From IMG/VR virus record IMGVR_UViG_2711768001_000013: a stretch of 38,859 nt of DNA. The stretch is one strand, 5' to 3'. A program made the position numbers and the translations under genes. This stretch comes from a virus. Its lineage: Duplodnaviria; Heunggongvirae; Uroviricota; Caudoviricetes. Below, piece by piece: positions 21,250-30,948 of this stretch (positions are counted from its first letter, which is position 1; each line of letters begins with the position of its first letter). The notes under the pieces were generated by a model, which made no database searches, was not told where the DNA came from, and saw only the letters and a program-made list of their open reading frames with translations.

Positions 21250-21743
21250 TACTCCTCCTGCTGTAATTCCTCCTCATCATCCGCACCTGCTTCAGTCACC
21301 CGCAGGGCTATCTGATCGCGCAGATCATCAATAATGGACTGAACACGGCTCACAGCGGCAGGCTGCAGACCGCAGTCACGTTCCAGAATATCCGGTAATG
21401 TCTCCAGCACCTGCACGACCGCTTTTGCCCAGATGGCAAACTCCCGTCTGACATCACTGGCCGGAATGAGTTGTGCCGTTTCCTGTTCGAACTTAAGACG
21501 CTCACGTTCAGACTGATACCAGGCTTTGCGCTCATGCGCGTCCATTTCGCCTTCTGCAACCGGCGGTGGCAATGCCAGAAATGCCGACACAATATCAACC
21601 ACCCGATAAAGCTTGAGGTTGCTTTCATGCCCCCCTGCAACGGGTAGATTTTGCAGCCTTGCCGCAGCAGTCTGGCGATGTACACCTGACAGTGCCGCCA
21701 GTTGACTGATATTCAGCGTCAGATTTTTTAACTCTCGATCCAT
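21249..21743 (-). CDS. terminase small subunit (Nu1-like)
   Basis: 164-aa ORF with N-terminal HTH-like LNISQLAALSGVHRQTAAARL and acidic C-terminus; immediately upstream of the large subunit. Confidence 0.75.
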   Translation of the reverse strand: MDRELKNLTLNISQLAALSGVHRQTAAARLQNLPVAGGHESNLKLYRVVDIVSAFLALPPPVAEGEMDAHERKAWYQSERERLKFEQETAQLIPASDVRREFAIWAKAVVQVLETLPDILERDCGLQPAAVSRVQSIIDDLRDQIALRVTEAGADDEEELQQEE

Positions 21744-21846
21744 ACCCGCTCCAGAATGTTTTAAACATGCATCTCGCGAACAACTTTAGGCAAACGGTGT
21801 TAGTGATGAACAAAAAACAATCAAAATCGACACCATAAAAACAAAA

Positions 21847-21935
21847 CCACTGTAATATCAATCTATTACAGTGGTGGTGATGACGAATGAAATTTCAAAA
21901 ACTAGCCTTTTTCCGCGACGCTCCCGCCCCGTGGC
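21847..21935. promoter_or_regulatory. candidate cos region (cosB-like palindrome plus GC-rich cosN-like segment)
   Basis: Perfect 11-bp inverted repeat ccactgtaata/tattacagtgg (~21847..21874) and ccgcgacgctcccgccccgtggcagg (~21908..21933), 100-190 bp upstream of the Nu1-like start. No exact lambda cosN. Confidence 0.3.
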
Positions 21936-22558
21936 AGGCCACTCCACCGGGAGGACCCGTCAGCCTGACAGACATGACGAACGTCTGATACAGCGCCTTG
22001 CATGAATGGCATCGGGATAATCCAGAAAGGAATAGCATCGTGCCCACAAGAATCTGTGTGAGTATCCTGTTTCTTCCACCCCCGCACAGGACTGGCGAGC
22101 ATGAGGGACAAACCCGCGAACCATAAACGCGGTAAAAACCCGGTGTGCATCGTTTTTGATTATTCCCGCACACTCTCGCAGAAGGAGTTCCCCGTCGGGC
22201 TACGGTCTCTGTTAATACGGGAATACGGCGACGATACAGCGCATGATGTGTCAGGCTTGAATACCTTTATCCGTTAAAAGGGATATCAGTTAAGTTATCC
22301 CGTGTAGGGTATAAGCCATTATCAAAGCCACTCTGTAGGGAGTGGCTTTTGTAATGGCAATAAAAAGCCCCGCGAATGCGAGGCTAAATCCAGGTATTTT
22401 TAATGACTGGCTCTTATTTCAACGCAGCCCCTTACCGCGCGCCAGATGCTCAACTTCAAGCATCAGCAATGAGATGTTTAATCTGGATTCACTCCAGAAG
22501 TGATCACCACCCTGTCTACAGAGCCAAATGTGAAGGATGATGAGTAAAATTATCGCTA

Positions 22559-23041
22559 TCATCGAAGGCATTGCGTCCTGATATATTCCTGAAGCGTTCT
22601 CAGTGCTGTCTGGTCTCTGATGATTCCGTCCCGGATACCGAGAACGTTTCGTCCAGCAACTGGAGAGAGTTCGACGGTGGCATCATTGCCCATGCCGGAG
22701 GCGCTGGAGGTTTCGGCTGAGGATGGCACAGGGCATTTTCCTTTGACGAGCACCCGACCACCATTATCAAGCTTGCGCCGAAGAGCATCATTTTCAGCTT
22801 TCGCATCAGCCAACTCCTTCGTGTATTTAGCATCGAGTACATCAGCAGCACGCTGGCGTTGCTGCATGTCAGTAATGGTGGCGGTCGCCTGCTTCAGCTC
22901 ACTGACTTTTTTATCACGCTGTTCTTTGTAGGCGATGGCGTTATCACGGTAATGATTGACCGCCCACGACAGGCAGACGATGATGCAGATAACCAGAGCA
23001 TAAATAATCGCGGCGACTCTGCTCACTGATCTATCCCCCAA
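22559..23041 (-). CDS. Rz: i-spanin Rz
   Basis: ORF ...[39 protein letters not shown]..., like lambda Rz from memory. Confidence 0.85.
   Translation of the reverse strand: MGDRSVSRVAAIIYALVICIIVCLSWAVNHYRDNAIAYKEQRDKKVSELKQATATITDMQQRQRAADVLDAKYTKELADAKAENDALRRKLDNGGRVLVKGKCPVPSSAETSSASGMGNDATVELSPVAGRNVLGIRDGIIRDQTALRTLQEYIRTQCLR
22600..22806 (-). CDS. Rz1: o-spanin Rz1, embedded in Rz in the +1 frame
   Basis: [22 protein letters not shown]... lipobox followed by Pro-rich [11 protein letters not shown]. Confidence 0.75.
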   Translation of the reverse strand: MRKLKMMLFGASLIMVVGCSSKENALCHPQPKPPAPPAWAMMPPSNSLQLLDETFSVSGTESSETRQH

Positions 23042-23556
23042 CAGGCTAATGCGCTTTCCTGGTCACGACGAATAACCTGTCCATAGCAGTTATTTGAACG
23101 TATGCGGCAATCGCGCCCACCATCTTTTATCCACCAGCGAATCGCCTCGCATGCACCTTTACGATCACCAGCATTCAGCCGCTTATAAAACGTCGACGGA
23201 AAACACTTACCGGGGCCAATGTTATAGGGACAAAATGACGCGATACCCGCTTTTTGTGGCTCGGTCAGTGGTACTTTAATATTGCGCTCCACCCATGCCA
23301 GCGCCTTATCACGCTCAATGGCGTTGACCTGGTCGCATTTTTCCTTCGACAGTTTCATACCGGGAAAAACGGGTTTTCCATCCACCATCGTGGCACCCCG
23401 ACAGATGGTCCAGATGCCGGACCCATCGCGGTATGCCGTTGTGTGGTTACCTTCTTTTTCATCCAGAAACTGGTCGAGAATATCAGGCGCGGGCGCACCG
23501 ACGGCAATCAGTGCCAGAACGGCAGCCGACAGGCCGTATCTGATTTTTGCGTTCAT
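23023..23556 (-). CDS. R: SAR endolysin (lysozyme, phage-21 R-type)
   Basis: N-terminal weakly hydrophobic Gly/Ala-rich segment [17 protein letters not shown], then E-x8-D-x5-T ([16 protein letters not shown]). Confidence 0.8.
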   Translation of the reverse strand: MNAKIRYGLSAAVLALIAVGAPAPDILDQFLDEKEGNHTTAYRDGSGIWTICRGATMVDGKPVFPGMKLSKEKCDQVNAIERDKALAWVERNIKVPLTEPQKAGIASFCPYNIGPGKCFPSTFYKRLNAGDRKGACEAIRWWIKDGGRDCRIRSNNCYGQVIRRDQESALACWGIDQ

Positions 23557-23611
23557 GGATATTTATCAGGATTTATCGGTTTCTGCCCACGGACAGGTTT
23601 ATCTGTTCCGG

Positions 23612-24097
23612 TCAGTGACTTAAGGTTGTGATTCCGGAGGAGTCTTCAGAGAACCAGTAATTCTTCCTGGTAGCTTTCCTTTGTAGGTTATCCNNNNNNN
23701 NNNNNNNNNNNNNNNNNNNNNNNNNNNNNNNNNNNNNNNNNNNNNNNNNNNNNNNNNNNNNNNNNNNNNNNNNNNNNNNNNNNNNNNNNNNNNNNNNNNN
23801 NNNNNNNNNNNNNNNNNNNNNNNNNNNNNNNNNNNNNNNNNNNNNNNNNNNNNNNNNNNNNNNNNNNNNNNNNNNNNNNNNNNNNNNNNNNNNNNNNNNN
23901 NNNNNNNNNNNNNNNNNNNNNNNNNNNNNNNNNNNNNNNNNNNNNNNNNNNNNNNNNNNNNNNNNNNNNNNNNNNNNNNNNNNNNNNNNNNNNNNNNNNN
24001 NNNNNNNNNNNNNNNNNNNNNNNNNAAACCAGTACCCGGCACTACCTGCTGAGGTGCCATAGGCGACACCCGTTGTTAACTTATCCATGGATTTCAT
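23612..24097 (-). CDS. S: pinholin (S21-like), interrupted by the N-run
   Basis: [24 protein letters not shown] dual-start N-terminus reads into the N-run; a basic in-frame tail ...[26 protein letters not shown] emerges after it. Confidence 0.65.
23694..24025. other. run of 332 N (assembly gap or masked sequence)
   Basis: Literal n characters in the sequence. Confidence 1.
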
Positions 24098-24164
24098 AAC
24101 CCCACCTCGCAGATGCGGGTGCTGTGTAATGGAAATAAAAAGGCCACCTGACGTGGCCACCAGA

Positions 24165-25217
24165 TTATTTCCCCACCAGCTCGTTTATCTCTTTCACTGT
24201 CTGATTAAACCGCTCTGACTCAAGCTCAACACCTAAGGCCCGACGCCCCAGCGCCATTGCTGCTTTTATTGTGGAACCGGATCCCATAAAAAAATCAGCA
24301 ACCAGATCACCTGGTCGACTACTGGCATTGATTATTTGCCTGAGCATATCCGCCGGTTTCTCACACGGATGTTTCCCCGGGTAGAACTGAACGGGTTTAT
24401 GCATCCAGACATCGGTATAAGGCACGGAGACTGATACGGAGAAATAGCGCCGGAGAGATTTAAACTCATCCAGCAATTCAGAATATTTACGATTCAGTGA
24501 ATCATAAGATGCCACCAGCTGGTGGTGTGGTTGTTCCAGTTGTTGTTCCTGAAACTTCTCTGCCGCTATACGGGAAAACAGTGCCTGTAACTTCCGATAG
24601 TCAGCCTCATTCGGCAACTGCCACTGACTGGCACCAAACCAGTGGGAAACCATATTTTTCTTACCTGTGGCTTCGGCAATTTGTTTTGCCGTTATACCCA
24701 GTTCGGCACGAGCATCCCTGAAATACGATATCAGCGGTGCCATTATGTGCTGTTTGAGTTCCCTTTCTTTTGCCGCATAGCCGTCACTTTTGCCGCGATA
24801 TGGCCCCTGGTAATGTTCAGCAAACAGAACGCGCTCTGTGGCAGGAAAATATGCGCGCAGACTTTCTTTATTACACCCATTCCAACGTCCGGACGGCTTC
24901 GCCCAGATGATATGGTTAAGCACGTTGAAACGTTCACGCATCATGATCTCAATATCAGATGCCAGGCGATGCCCACAGAACAGGTAAAGGCTTCCGGCAG
25001 GTTTCAACACCCGCCAGAACTGGGCCAGACAGTGGTCCAGCCACTTAAGGTAATCTTCGTCCCCTTTCCACTGATTGTCCCAACCGTTGGGTTTCACCTT
25101 GAAGTAAGGCGGATCGGTAACAATCAGGTCAATGGAATCATCAGGCAGGGACTGAATAAAATGCAGGCAATCAGCGTTGATTAAATCAACACTGTTTATT
25201 TTTACAGTATTTTTCAT
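24165..25217 (-). CDS. orphan DNA methyltransferase, beta-class N6-adenine/N4-cytosine
   Basis: DPPY motif near the N-terminus ([10 protein letters not shown]) and FxGxG AdoMet motif near the C-terminus (DFFMGSGST); no adjacent restriction gene. Confidence 0.8.
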
Positions 25218-25367
25218 GGATCAGTAAGCGTAACTCTGGTAGGCTCACTCTGCTTTTGCGCTAAAGCAGTGGGCCGTGGTTCGCTTGTGACCAGTAAGCA
25301 TGAGCGAATGGCTGGCAGGTGCTACCAACACCCACCAGCCGCCCATTTTCACAGCAGGAAACCGCCA

Positions 25368-25571
25368 TTACTGGCAGCGTCTGAATTTATTCCCGTACCC
25401 GCCGTTATCCTTCGCCAGACCCGCCAGAACTAACTGAGTCAGTATTAACTGGCACCGGGCTTCGCTTACTCCGGTAGTTCTCGTCATCATGCGTGGCGTT
25501 ACCCACTTGTCAGCAGGTAAGAAATGAAGGACTGCGGCGGCGGTTTCTGTCATATCTTGCTGTTTTAGCAT
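25368..25571 (-). CDS. small hypothetical protein, possibly winged-helix
   Basis: AAGGGAaaaagacATG start (MLKQQDMTETAAAVLHFLPADKW...); no family recognised. Confidence 0.4.
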   Translation of the reverse strand: MLKQQDMTETAAAVLHFLPADKWVTPRMMTRTTGVSEARCQLILTQLVLAGLAKDNGGYGNKFRRCQ

Positions 25572-25699
25572 GTCTTTTTCCCTTCTGGTTAACATGACAT
25601 ACCAATAACTCTTGTCTAAAAAGCCAGCAAGATAAAAAGTCAGTATTCACGACCACCAGCGTGTTTACTGTACTGCACCAAGTTTACGGGTACAAAAAA

Positions 25700-25715
25700 C
25701 CCGCTCAGTGGCGGG
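25700..25715 (-). terminator. intrinsic terminator after lipoprotein gene
   Basis: cccgc/gcggg stem; plus-strand A-run 25693..25699 gives a minus-strand T-tract. Confidence 0.55.
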
Positions 25716-25794
25716 TTGCTATCACAGCTATATATTTACTTATTATGCCGTTACTAACATTTATCTTCGACATATAATCGAAAACAAGGTTTGC

Positions 25795-26220
25795 TTAAAA
25801 CTCTGCTTTCATTTTATCCGGGAATTTTTTATTTGCAGCATAATAACTACCAAGTACATAAGCGTTCATTTGCTGCTCTACATCAACCCGACATGCCGCA
25901 CTAGAACAAGCTCCACTGATAAGCCCAAAAGAACTCCCTTTAGCAGAGAGATCAGCTTTGATTTCCTCTACAGTGTTTTTCCCCATAGCAACTACACACC
26001 CTGTCACAATATATCTAGCTTTCACATCATCCATGCTAAGGATAGTAGTTTTCGCAATTTTGCTGTATCCATCATTTTTATAAACATCCATGGCAAACGC
26101 ACGGCAATCTGTATAATACGGACTTGCTTTAACTTGCGAATACTCAGGTAATTTCATACCTGCACAACCAACTAAACAAAAACCTATCGCTGCTATTAAT
26201 ACCTTTTTCATTACAGTCAT
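25795..26220 (-). CDS. lipoprotein of unknown function
   Basis: MKKVLIAAIGFCLVGCAG lipobox signal; visibly AT-richer than flanking phage genes. Confidence 0.6.
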   Translation of the reverse strand: MTVMKKVLIAAIGFCLVGCAGMKLPEYSQVKASPYYTDCRAFAMDVYKNDGYSKIAKTTILSMDDVKARYIVTGCVVAMGKNTVEEIKADLSAKGSSFGLISGACSSAACRVDVEQQMNAYVLGSYYAANKKFPDKMKAEF

Positions 26221-26365
26221 AACCTAGAAGCATCATTGAAACTAATTTATTAAATAACCATCGAGTTTCTGGAATACAGACGTTAACCATCTCTCCAAAA
26301 TCTAAAAGATAATAAGAAAAAATGTTTAACGCACCAATCCATTTCATAGTTTCATGAGACATCAG

Positions 26366-26396
26366 GCACAAAAAACCCGCTCAGCGGCGGGTTTTT
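26366..26396 (-). terminator. tR'-like intrinsic terminator downstream of Q
   Basis: Stem cccgc/gcggg with A-tract and T-tract on both sides, ~100 nt downstream of the Q stop. Confidence 0.55.
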
Positions 26397-26439
26397 GACA
26401 TTTACCAACGGTAGACATACAAGGCCCATCGTTGAGAAA

Positions 26440-26468
26440 ATCTTATCCATATTTTTTGAAAAATGCAA
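26440..26468 (-). promoter_or_regulatory. candidate late promoter pR'
   Basis: Minus-strand TTGCAT - 17 nt - TAAGAT between the Q stop and the terminator. Confidence 0.4.
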
Positions 26469-26499
26469 GTATCACGTCGACATCTTCGGCGAAAATTAT

Positions 26500-27252
26500 C
26501 TATCTTGTCACTTTTCTCAATTGCGATTCAGCATACGCTTCTTCCTGCCAGCACTTTGTAACCAGTTTATTAATAACGTCTGCATATCCTTTGTACCACT
26601 GATAATCCGTCAGGTCCGGTACCAGTTTCTGGACATGATGCCGCGCCAGTGTGGTTGGTAAACGGCTAAACCGGTTGCCATTGCAACGCCCACAAATCTT
26701 ATAAACAGGCACACCATGAAGCCGGGTTCTTTTTTCATCCAGGACAATACCTTTACCCTTACACCCTCTGCACGCTGTGCTGACTTCTCCCTTACCATGG
26801 CAATGCTGACATAGTTCCTTCACCCACTCTTCCTTGATAACAGATTCCCCGCTTCTGGAGTGTTTCACCACTTCGCGCAATACATTATGAAATCCAGTAC
26901 CAGCACAATGCTCACAGCGAGCCTTACTTGCCGCAGACCTGGAATAATCAGCAAAGGCAAAATTCACAAGGTAAGGGATGATCTGTAACCGGGTTTCTTC
27001 ACTCAATTTGTTCAATGTCGGGTTATCCAGTGCCATCGCGTAATTGAGCAGACCTTCAATCGCAAATTGAGGATCCTGAACACCAACTTTTGCCAGGAAT
27101 AAGGCAAACCCAAGCGGTGCTTTCGACTGCACCATCCCCTGCGCAGCCATCACATCCGTAATCGTTAAACCACCTGAGCCTGTCGCCGGTGCGTCATCGC
27201 TCAATTTTGGAGATTTTGGGGAGTAATATTTTGGTAAGGCTTCAAGGTTCAT
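26500..27252 (-). CDS. Q: late antiterminator Q (933W/DLP12 type)
   Basis: MNLEALPKYYSPKSPKLSDDAPATGSGGLTITDVMAAQG... with C-terminal Cys-rich zinc motif (CQHCHGKGE..CRGCKGKG..CGRCNGN). Confidence 0.85.
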   Translation of the reverse strand: MNLEALPKYYSPKSPKLSDDAPATGSGGLTITDVMAAQGMVQSKAPLGFALFLAKVGVQDPQFAIEGLLNYAMALDNPTLNKLSEETRLQIIPYLVNFAFADYSRSAASKARCEHCAGTGFHNVLREVVKHSRSGESVIKEEWVKELCQHCHGKGEVSTACRGCKGKGIVLDEKRTRLHGVPVYKICGRCNGNRFSRLPTTLARHHVQKLVPDLTDYQWYKGYADVINKLVTKCWQEEAYAESQLRKVTR

Positions 27253-27265
27253 GCTCGTTCTCCAC

Positions 27266-28261
27266 TTACGCCAATACGCCAATTGCCAGCGCACGATCGA
27301 TAAAACGAAATATCAGCTCCAGCTGGGAGCCATACTTCTCTTCAAATGCCACGGTATCCGCATGCAGCTCGTCGTGATGCTTTCTGCACAAAGGCAACAC
27401 AAAGAGGTCATGCGCTTTTGTACCCATTCCACCCTGACCGTGGCCTATCAGGTGGTGGGGATCATCAGCAGGCTTTCCACAACATGCACACGGCTGTGTC
27501 TTAACCCAGCGCGTGTACTTTTCATTAACCCAGCGGCGGCGTTTTGGGCGTAACATAAAAGACTCCGGCGACTCCGGATCCACTTTCAGCGCCAGCACCT
27601 TTTTTGCCTTATCCTGGATGATGCTGGTGGCAGGAACCGAAGGCACAAGGTCACTTTCCCGGGTGACAGACGGCACAACAGGCTTTGGTAATCTCAGTGC
27701 CTTACGGGCTGCACTTTCCGGTAAGGCATCCGCCAGGTCATTACGAATCAGCCACCAGCACAGTTCCGGCATTGTCACAACGTGACTATCATCAAAACCG
27801 AGATCCCGACGCACAACAGACAACACCCAGCGGGCACAGTTATCCGTTGCCATTGATTCCAGCCGTTCCGTGAACTGATCGCGCAGCTGGTTATCGCAGT
27901 GCCAGCACAGACGGATTGCGCCCGGAGCGTGTCGCATTGTGGTCATGTTCTCGCTGTGCCAGTCGGAATGAGGCCACTGGCAGCCTTTTTCACGAAGTAA
28001 CCAGCTTTCAAGACATTCCACGCCACCAGCACGACGGATCACTGCCTCATTGCGGAACACGGCCCGAACGGCAGGATCATCCGCCAGCGGTTGTGATGCC
28101 GCCGGAACGGCACCACTGGCGAAAGATGAATAACGTTCCGGCTCAGGCTCCAGCAGAACACGCCCCTGCATAAACAGGGGCATCAGCTCTGAACCTGGCC
28201 TGAACAATACGATCCCCATACGCGGGGCAATTTCAGGGGTCAGTAGTGCTCTCACGGTCAC
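27266..28261 (-). CDS. DUF968-like protein with C-terminal HNH-like Cys/His motif
   Basis: 331-aa ORF ending ...CACCGKPADDPHHLIGHG...CRKHHDELHA; recalled as YdfU-type. Confidence 0.6.
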   Translation of the reverse strand: MTVRALLTPEIAPRMGIVLFRPGSELMPLFMQGRVLLEPEPERYSSFASGAVPAASQPLADDPAVRAVFRNEAVIRRAGGVECLESWLLREKGCQWPHSDWHSENMTTMRHAPGAIRLCWHCDNQLRDQFTERLESMATDNCARWVLSVVRRDLGFDDSHVVTMPELCWWLIRNDLADALPESAARKALRLPKPVVPSVTRESDLVPSVPATSIIQDKAKKVLALKVDPESPESFMLRPKRRRWVNEKYTRWVKTQPCACCGKPADDPHHLIGHGQGGMGTKAHDLFVLPLCRKHHDELHADTVAFEEKYGSQLELIFRFIDRALAIGVLA

Positions 28262-28262
28262 C

Positions 28263-29072
28263 TCAATGAACGGTATCGAGCAGCTTTAACAGCTCAGGGA
28301 ATCGGGATTCGAAGAAATGCGGCTGCGTCTCGCGCGGATTTGCAGGACTGGTGATGTTCTTGCCGAACATGCAGCCTTTCGCCGTCAGCGACCAGAATTT
28401 TTTGATGTTGTTAATCGCGGTACGGCTGTATCGTTCGCGTTGTTCAACGATCCCCAGCTTCACCATCTGGTGATATGCCTGATTAGCCGTCAGGCGGATA
28501 CCATACTGCTTCAGCAGTGCACTCAGCGACAGCGTGGGGCGACTTGAGCCATCAGGCGCGTCAGCAGGAGCATCAATGGCATAGCGCGGTGCCAGATTCG
28601 GTAAGCCAACAGCCTCCTGAAGCTTCTGACAGGCTCCAAGCACTGATGAGTTAGACAGATTTAATTCCCGGCGCATAAAGTCCAGCAGGATCACGCCAGC
28701 CTGCATCTTGTCAGCAGCCTGTCCGGATAATTTTTCCGGTGCGCTGGTTACCATGTCGAAAGTACGGATCACCTTCAGATGGAATGACGGGCTGATCCAC
28801 ATTGCATAGGCATACACCAGTTCTTTGCAGACATACGTCCCCTGGTTATTTCCGCCATTAATGACGCTAACTGGTTGATTTTGTTCCAGAGGCGGAATTC
28901 CACCCTCGGTGAAAAGTTGTTCAATCAATTCACAGGTTTGCTTATTGGAGAGCCAGTATTTCGGGCGGTTTTTTTGTTCTCCCCCGGCTGCCCTGTGCAG
29001 ATCGTTCAGGCTGTAACGCCCATAAGCATCACGACGAACTTCAATACCATCAATGACCATCAGATTATTCAT
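28263..29072 (-). CDS. KilA-N domain protein
   Basis: MNNLMVIDGIEVRRDAYGRYSLNDLHRAAGGEQKNRPKYWLSNKQTCELIEQL N-terminal pattern. Confidence 0.7.
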   Translation of the reverse strand: MNNLMVIDGIEVRRDAYGRYSLNDLHRAAGGEQKNRPKYWLSNKQTCELIEQLFTEGGIPPLEQNQPVSVINGGNNQGTYVCKELVYAYAMWISPSFHLKVIRTFDMVTSAPEKLSGQAADKMQAGVILLDFMRRELNLSNSSVLGACQKLQEAVGLPNLAPRYAIDAPADAPDGSSRPTLSLSALLKQYGIRLTANQAYHQMVKLGIVEQRERYSRTAINNIKKFWSLTAKGCMFGKNITSPANPRETQPHFFESRFPELLKLLDTVH

Positions 29073-29091
29073 ACTTCGTTTCTCCTCTTGA

Positions 29092-29481
29092 TCAGGCGGC
29101 TGCACCCGCCGGTTTCTCATACTTACTGATAGTGATCTCGACCTTCCCTTTCTGGATAACCGGTCCCCACTCCACCAGCATTCTTTTCACCTGGCTGTCG
29201 TCTTCCCACACCCCCGCGTGGGTCAGGGCGTCAAACAGCGCCTTGTTATAGTTGTCCAGATCGCGGATCCGGTTATCCGGAGGAAACAACACGATCTCCA
29301 CTGAAGCAGGTGCCGACGTTGGTTTTGGCAGACGACGTAACTGCTCAACTATTGCTGCGCACGCCGCGCTCTGAAATTTTCGCCCCGCCGCGCTTATCAG
29401 GCTCTTACCAGCAAATGCCCCTTTGTTGGGGTGTCGCCAGTACGTGTTCACGCTGGGCGGGAAAGGCAGGATCAGCTTCAT
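29092..29481 (-). CDS. rusA: Holliday-junction resolvase RusA
   Basis: 129-aa ORF MKLILPFPPSVNTYWRH...DLDNYNKALFDALT..., like RusA from memory. Confidence 0.8.
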   Translation of the reverse strand: MKLILPFPPSVNTYWRHPNKGAFAGKSLISAAGRKFQSAACAAIVEQLRRLPKPTSAPASVEIVLFPPDNRIRDLDNYNKALFDALTHAGVWEDDSQVKRMLVEWGPVIQKGKVEITISKYEKPAGAAA

Positions 29482-29804
29482 ACTTTCAGGCCTCTCTCAT
29501 GTAACCAGTGGGTTGCACGCAGCCTGGCGTTTTCCTCACCGGCAAGCAGTGAGCGGATAATCCCGACCGCCTCGCTGTCGTCGTCCTTCACCGCGGTATG
29601 AAGAGTGATACCCCGGGCCATGCCACGCTTTATCGTGATGACGCCTTTTTTCTCCAGTGCGCGAAGATGTTCCACCGCTGCATTCACTGAACGGTATCCC
29701 AGCATGGTTGCCACCTCCTGATTGGTTGGCGGGAAGCCACGTTCTTTCTGGTAAGAAATCAGCATATCCAGCACCTGCTGCTGGCATTGAGTTAACGTCG
29801 TCAT
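29478..29804 (-). CDS. LexA N-terminal DNA-binding-domain-like protein, no peptidase domain
   Basis: MTTLTQCQQQVLDMLISYQKERGFPPTNQEVATMLGYRSVNAAVEHLRALEKKGVI parallels the LexA N-terminus; only 108 aa. Confidence 0.6.
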   Translation of the reverse strand: MTTLTQCQQQVLDMLISYQKERGFPPTNQEVATMLGYRSVNAAVEHLRALEKKGVITIKRGMARGITLHTAVKDDDSEAVGIIRSLLAGEENARLRATHWLHERGLKV

Positions 29805-30454
29805 GCCGCCATCTCCCTGACCAGTTTTTCCGCCTGCTGGCGAACCTGCGCCAGAAACGCCTCACCACATGCCTCAAGTTCATCGCGCCCGATGTAGCTG
29901 ATTGCCGGTCCCTTCCAGGTCTTGTCGAAAACAGCAATAGCACCAGCGAAGAAAGCGCCTGTCGGCACCTGCTTCTCGTCCTTCGGGATAAACCAGGCAG
30001 GCAGTTCAAAACCAATACGCCCGCGAATAAAAGCAATATGATCTGCATCTTCCGGCCACCACACTTCGCTGGTGGCAGCTTTGATCAGGAAAACATAGCG
30101 TCCGCCCTTATCACGCATGGCACTGGCATGTTTCATGATGTAACGCATGCCGGTGATGTATTGCCCTTCATGCTGACTGGCGCGGCTGTACGGGGGATTA
30201 CCAAAGGCAGCACCTTTAAGCTCCGCAAGACGTTCAGACCAGTCATGCGCCAGCGCGTTGTCTTCCGCAGTGTAATAAGCGGCACATTTGGCGTTATCAC
30301 CATCAGTGAACAGATCCAGAACAAACGGGCCAAACAGGGTGTTAATTCCCCAGAAAATGTTATCCGGCGTGCGCCACTGATCGCCCACTTCCTTCAGTTC
30401 ATGGGCTGGTTTGTTCCGCAGCTCCACCAGCGCCTGGCAATATTTATTACTCAT
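29801..30454 (-). CDS. phage Dam-type DNA N6-adenine methyltransferase
   Basis: NPPY motif (FGNPPYSRA) preceded by DLFTDGDNAK; start MSNKYCQ... Confidence 0.75.
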   Translation of the reverse strand: MSNKYCQALVELRNKPAHELKEVGDQWRTPDNIFWGINTLFGPFVLDLFTDGDNAKCAAYYTAEDNALAHDWSERLAELKGAAFGNPPYSRASQHEGQYITGMRYIMKHASAMRDKGGRYVFLIKAATSEVWWPEDADHIAFIRGRIGFELPAWFIPKDEKQVPTGAFFAGAIAVFDKTWKGPAISYIGRDELEACGEAFLAQVRQQAEKLVREMAA

Positions 30455-30948
30455 TAAGCCCCCACGTAATTCCCTGACAGATACCACTCTTCACCCGATG
30501 CAGCGCGCTTGCTGCTTTTCCGTAAGCACCGCTCACGACGCGCCAGAAAATTGTTTCGTTCTGGCTGGGAGTGGCTTTCACGGAATGCCGCCATCCACAC
30601 CGTTGCAGCACGACGGTATAAGCCCCTGGACTCCAGTTCTTCCGCCTGGCGGGTCAGGCACAAAATCACCCGGGGATCGTTAGTGCCGACATAGAAATTG
30701 CGCACAGGTCTGGTTTCACGAACTGGTTGTGGTTCCGGCTCCTGCGCTCTCTCAGTCAGGCGTGGGAAATGTCTGCGTGTATCTCCTTCATAACGGTGAG
30801 CCACACGCCCACTCTGACGTAACTTGCTTGCTGACTGCAGAACGCGCTGCCGTGAGTAACCTGCAAAAGCATCCGCAATGTCTCCGGAAGTACACCCCGG
30901 ATGGGCTTCAATGAATTTCTGAACTTCATTCAAAAGACTCATGATCAC
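30454..30948 (-). CDS. PerC/Pch-like regulator
   Basis: C-terminal EELESRGLYRRAATVWMAAF...RRERCL resembles the PerC pattern as I recall it. Confidence 0.45.
   Translation of the reverse strand: MIMSLLNEVQKFIEAHPGCTSGDIADAFAGYSRQRVLQSASKLRQSGRVAHRYEGDTRRHFPRLTERAQEPEPQPVRETRPVRNFYVGTNDPRVILCLTRQAEELESRGLYRRAATVWMAAFRESHSQPERNNFLARRERCLRKSSKRAASGEEWYLSGNYVGA

Noticed and set aside
21908-21933. Exact lambda cosN (GGGCGGCGACCT)
   Set aside because: Only a partial resemblance (cccgccccgt) is present; an exact lambda cohesive-end sequence is not.
21895-22173. Two overlapping minus-strand ORFs (92 and 82 aa) in the cos spacer
   Set aside because: Cys/Gly/Arg-rich low-complexity translations, no SD; more likely non-coding DNA around cos.
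25218-25367. Possible tRNA or small RNA between the methyltransferase and the small wH gene
   Set aside because: No T-loop (GGTTCGAATCC-type) or cloverleaf pairing found by eye; likely just a promoter/UTR.
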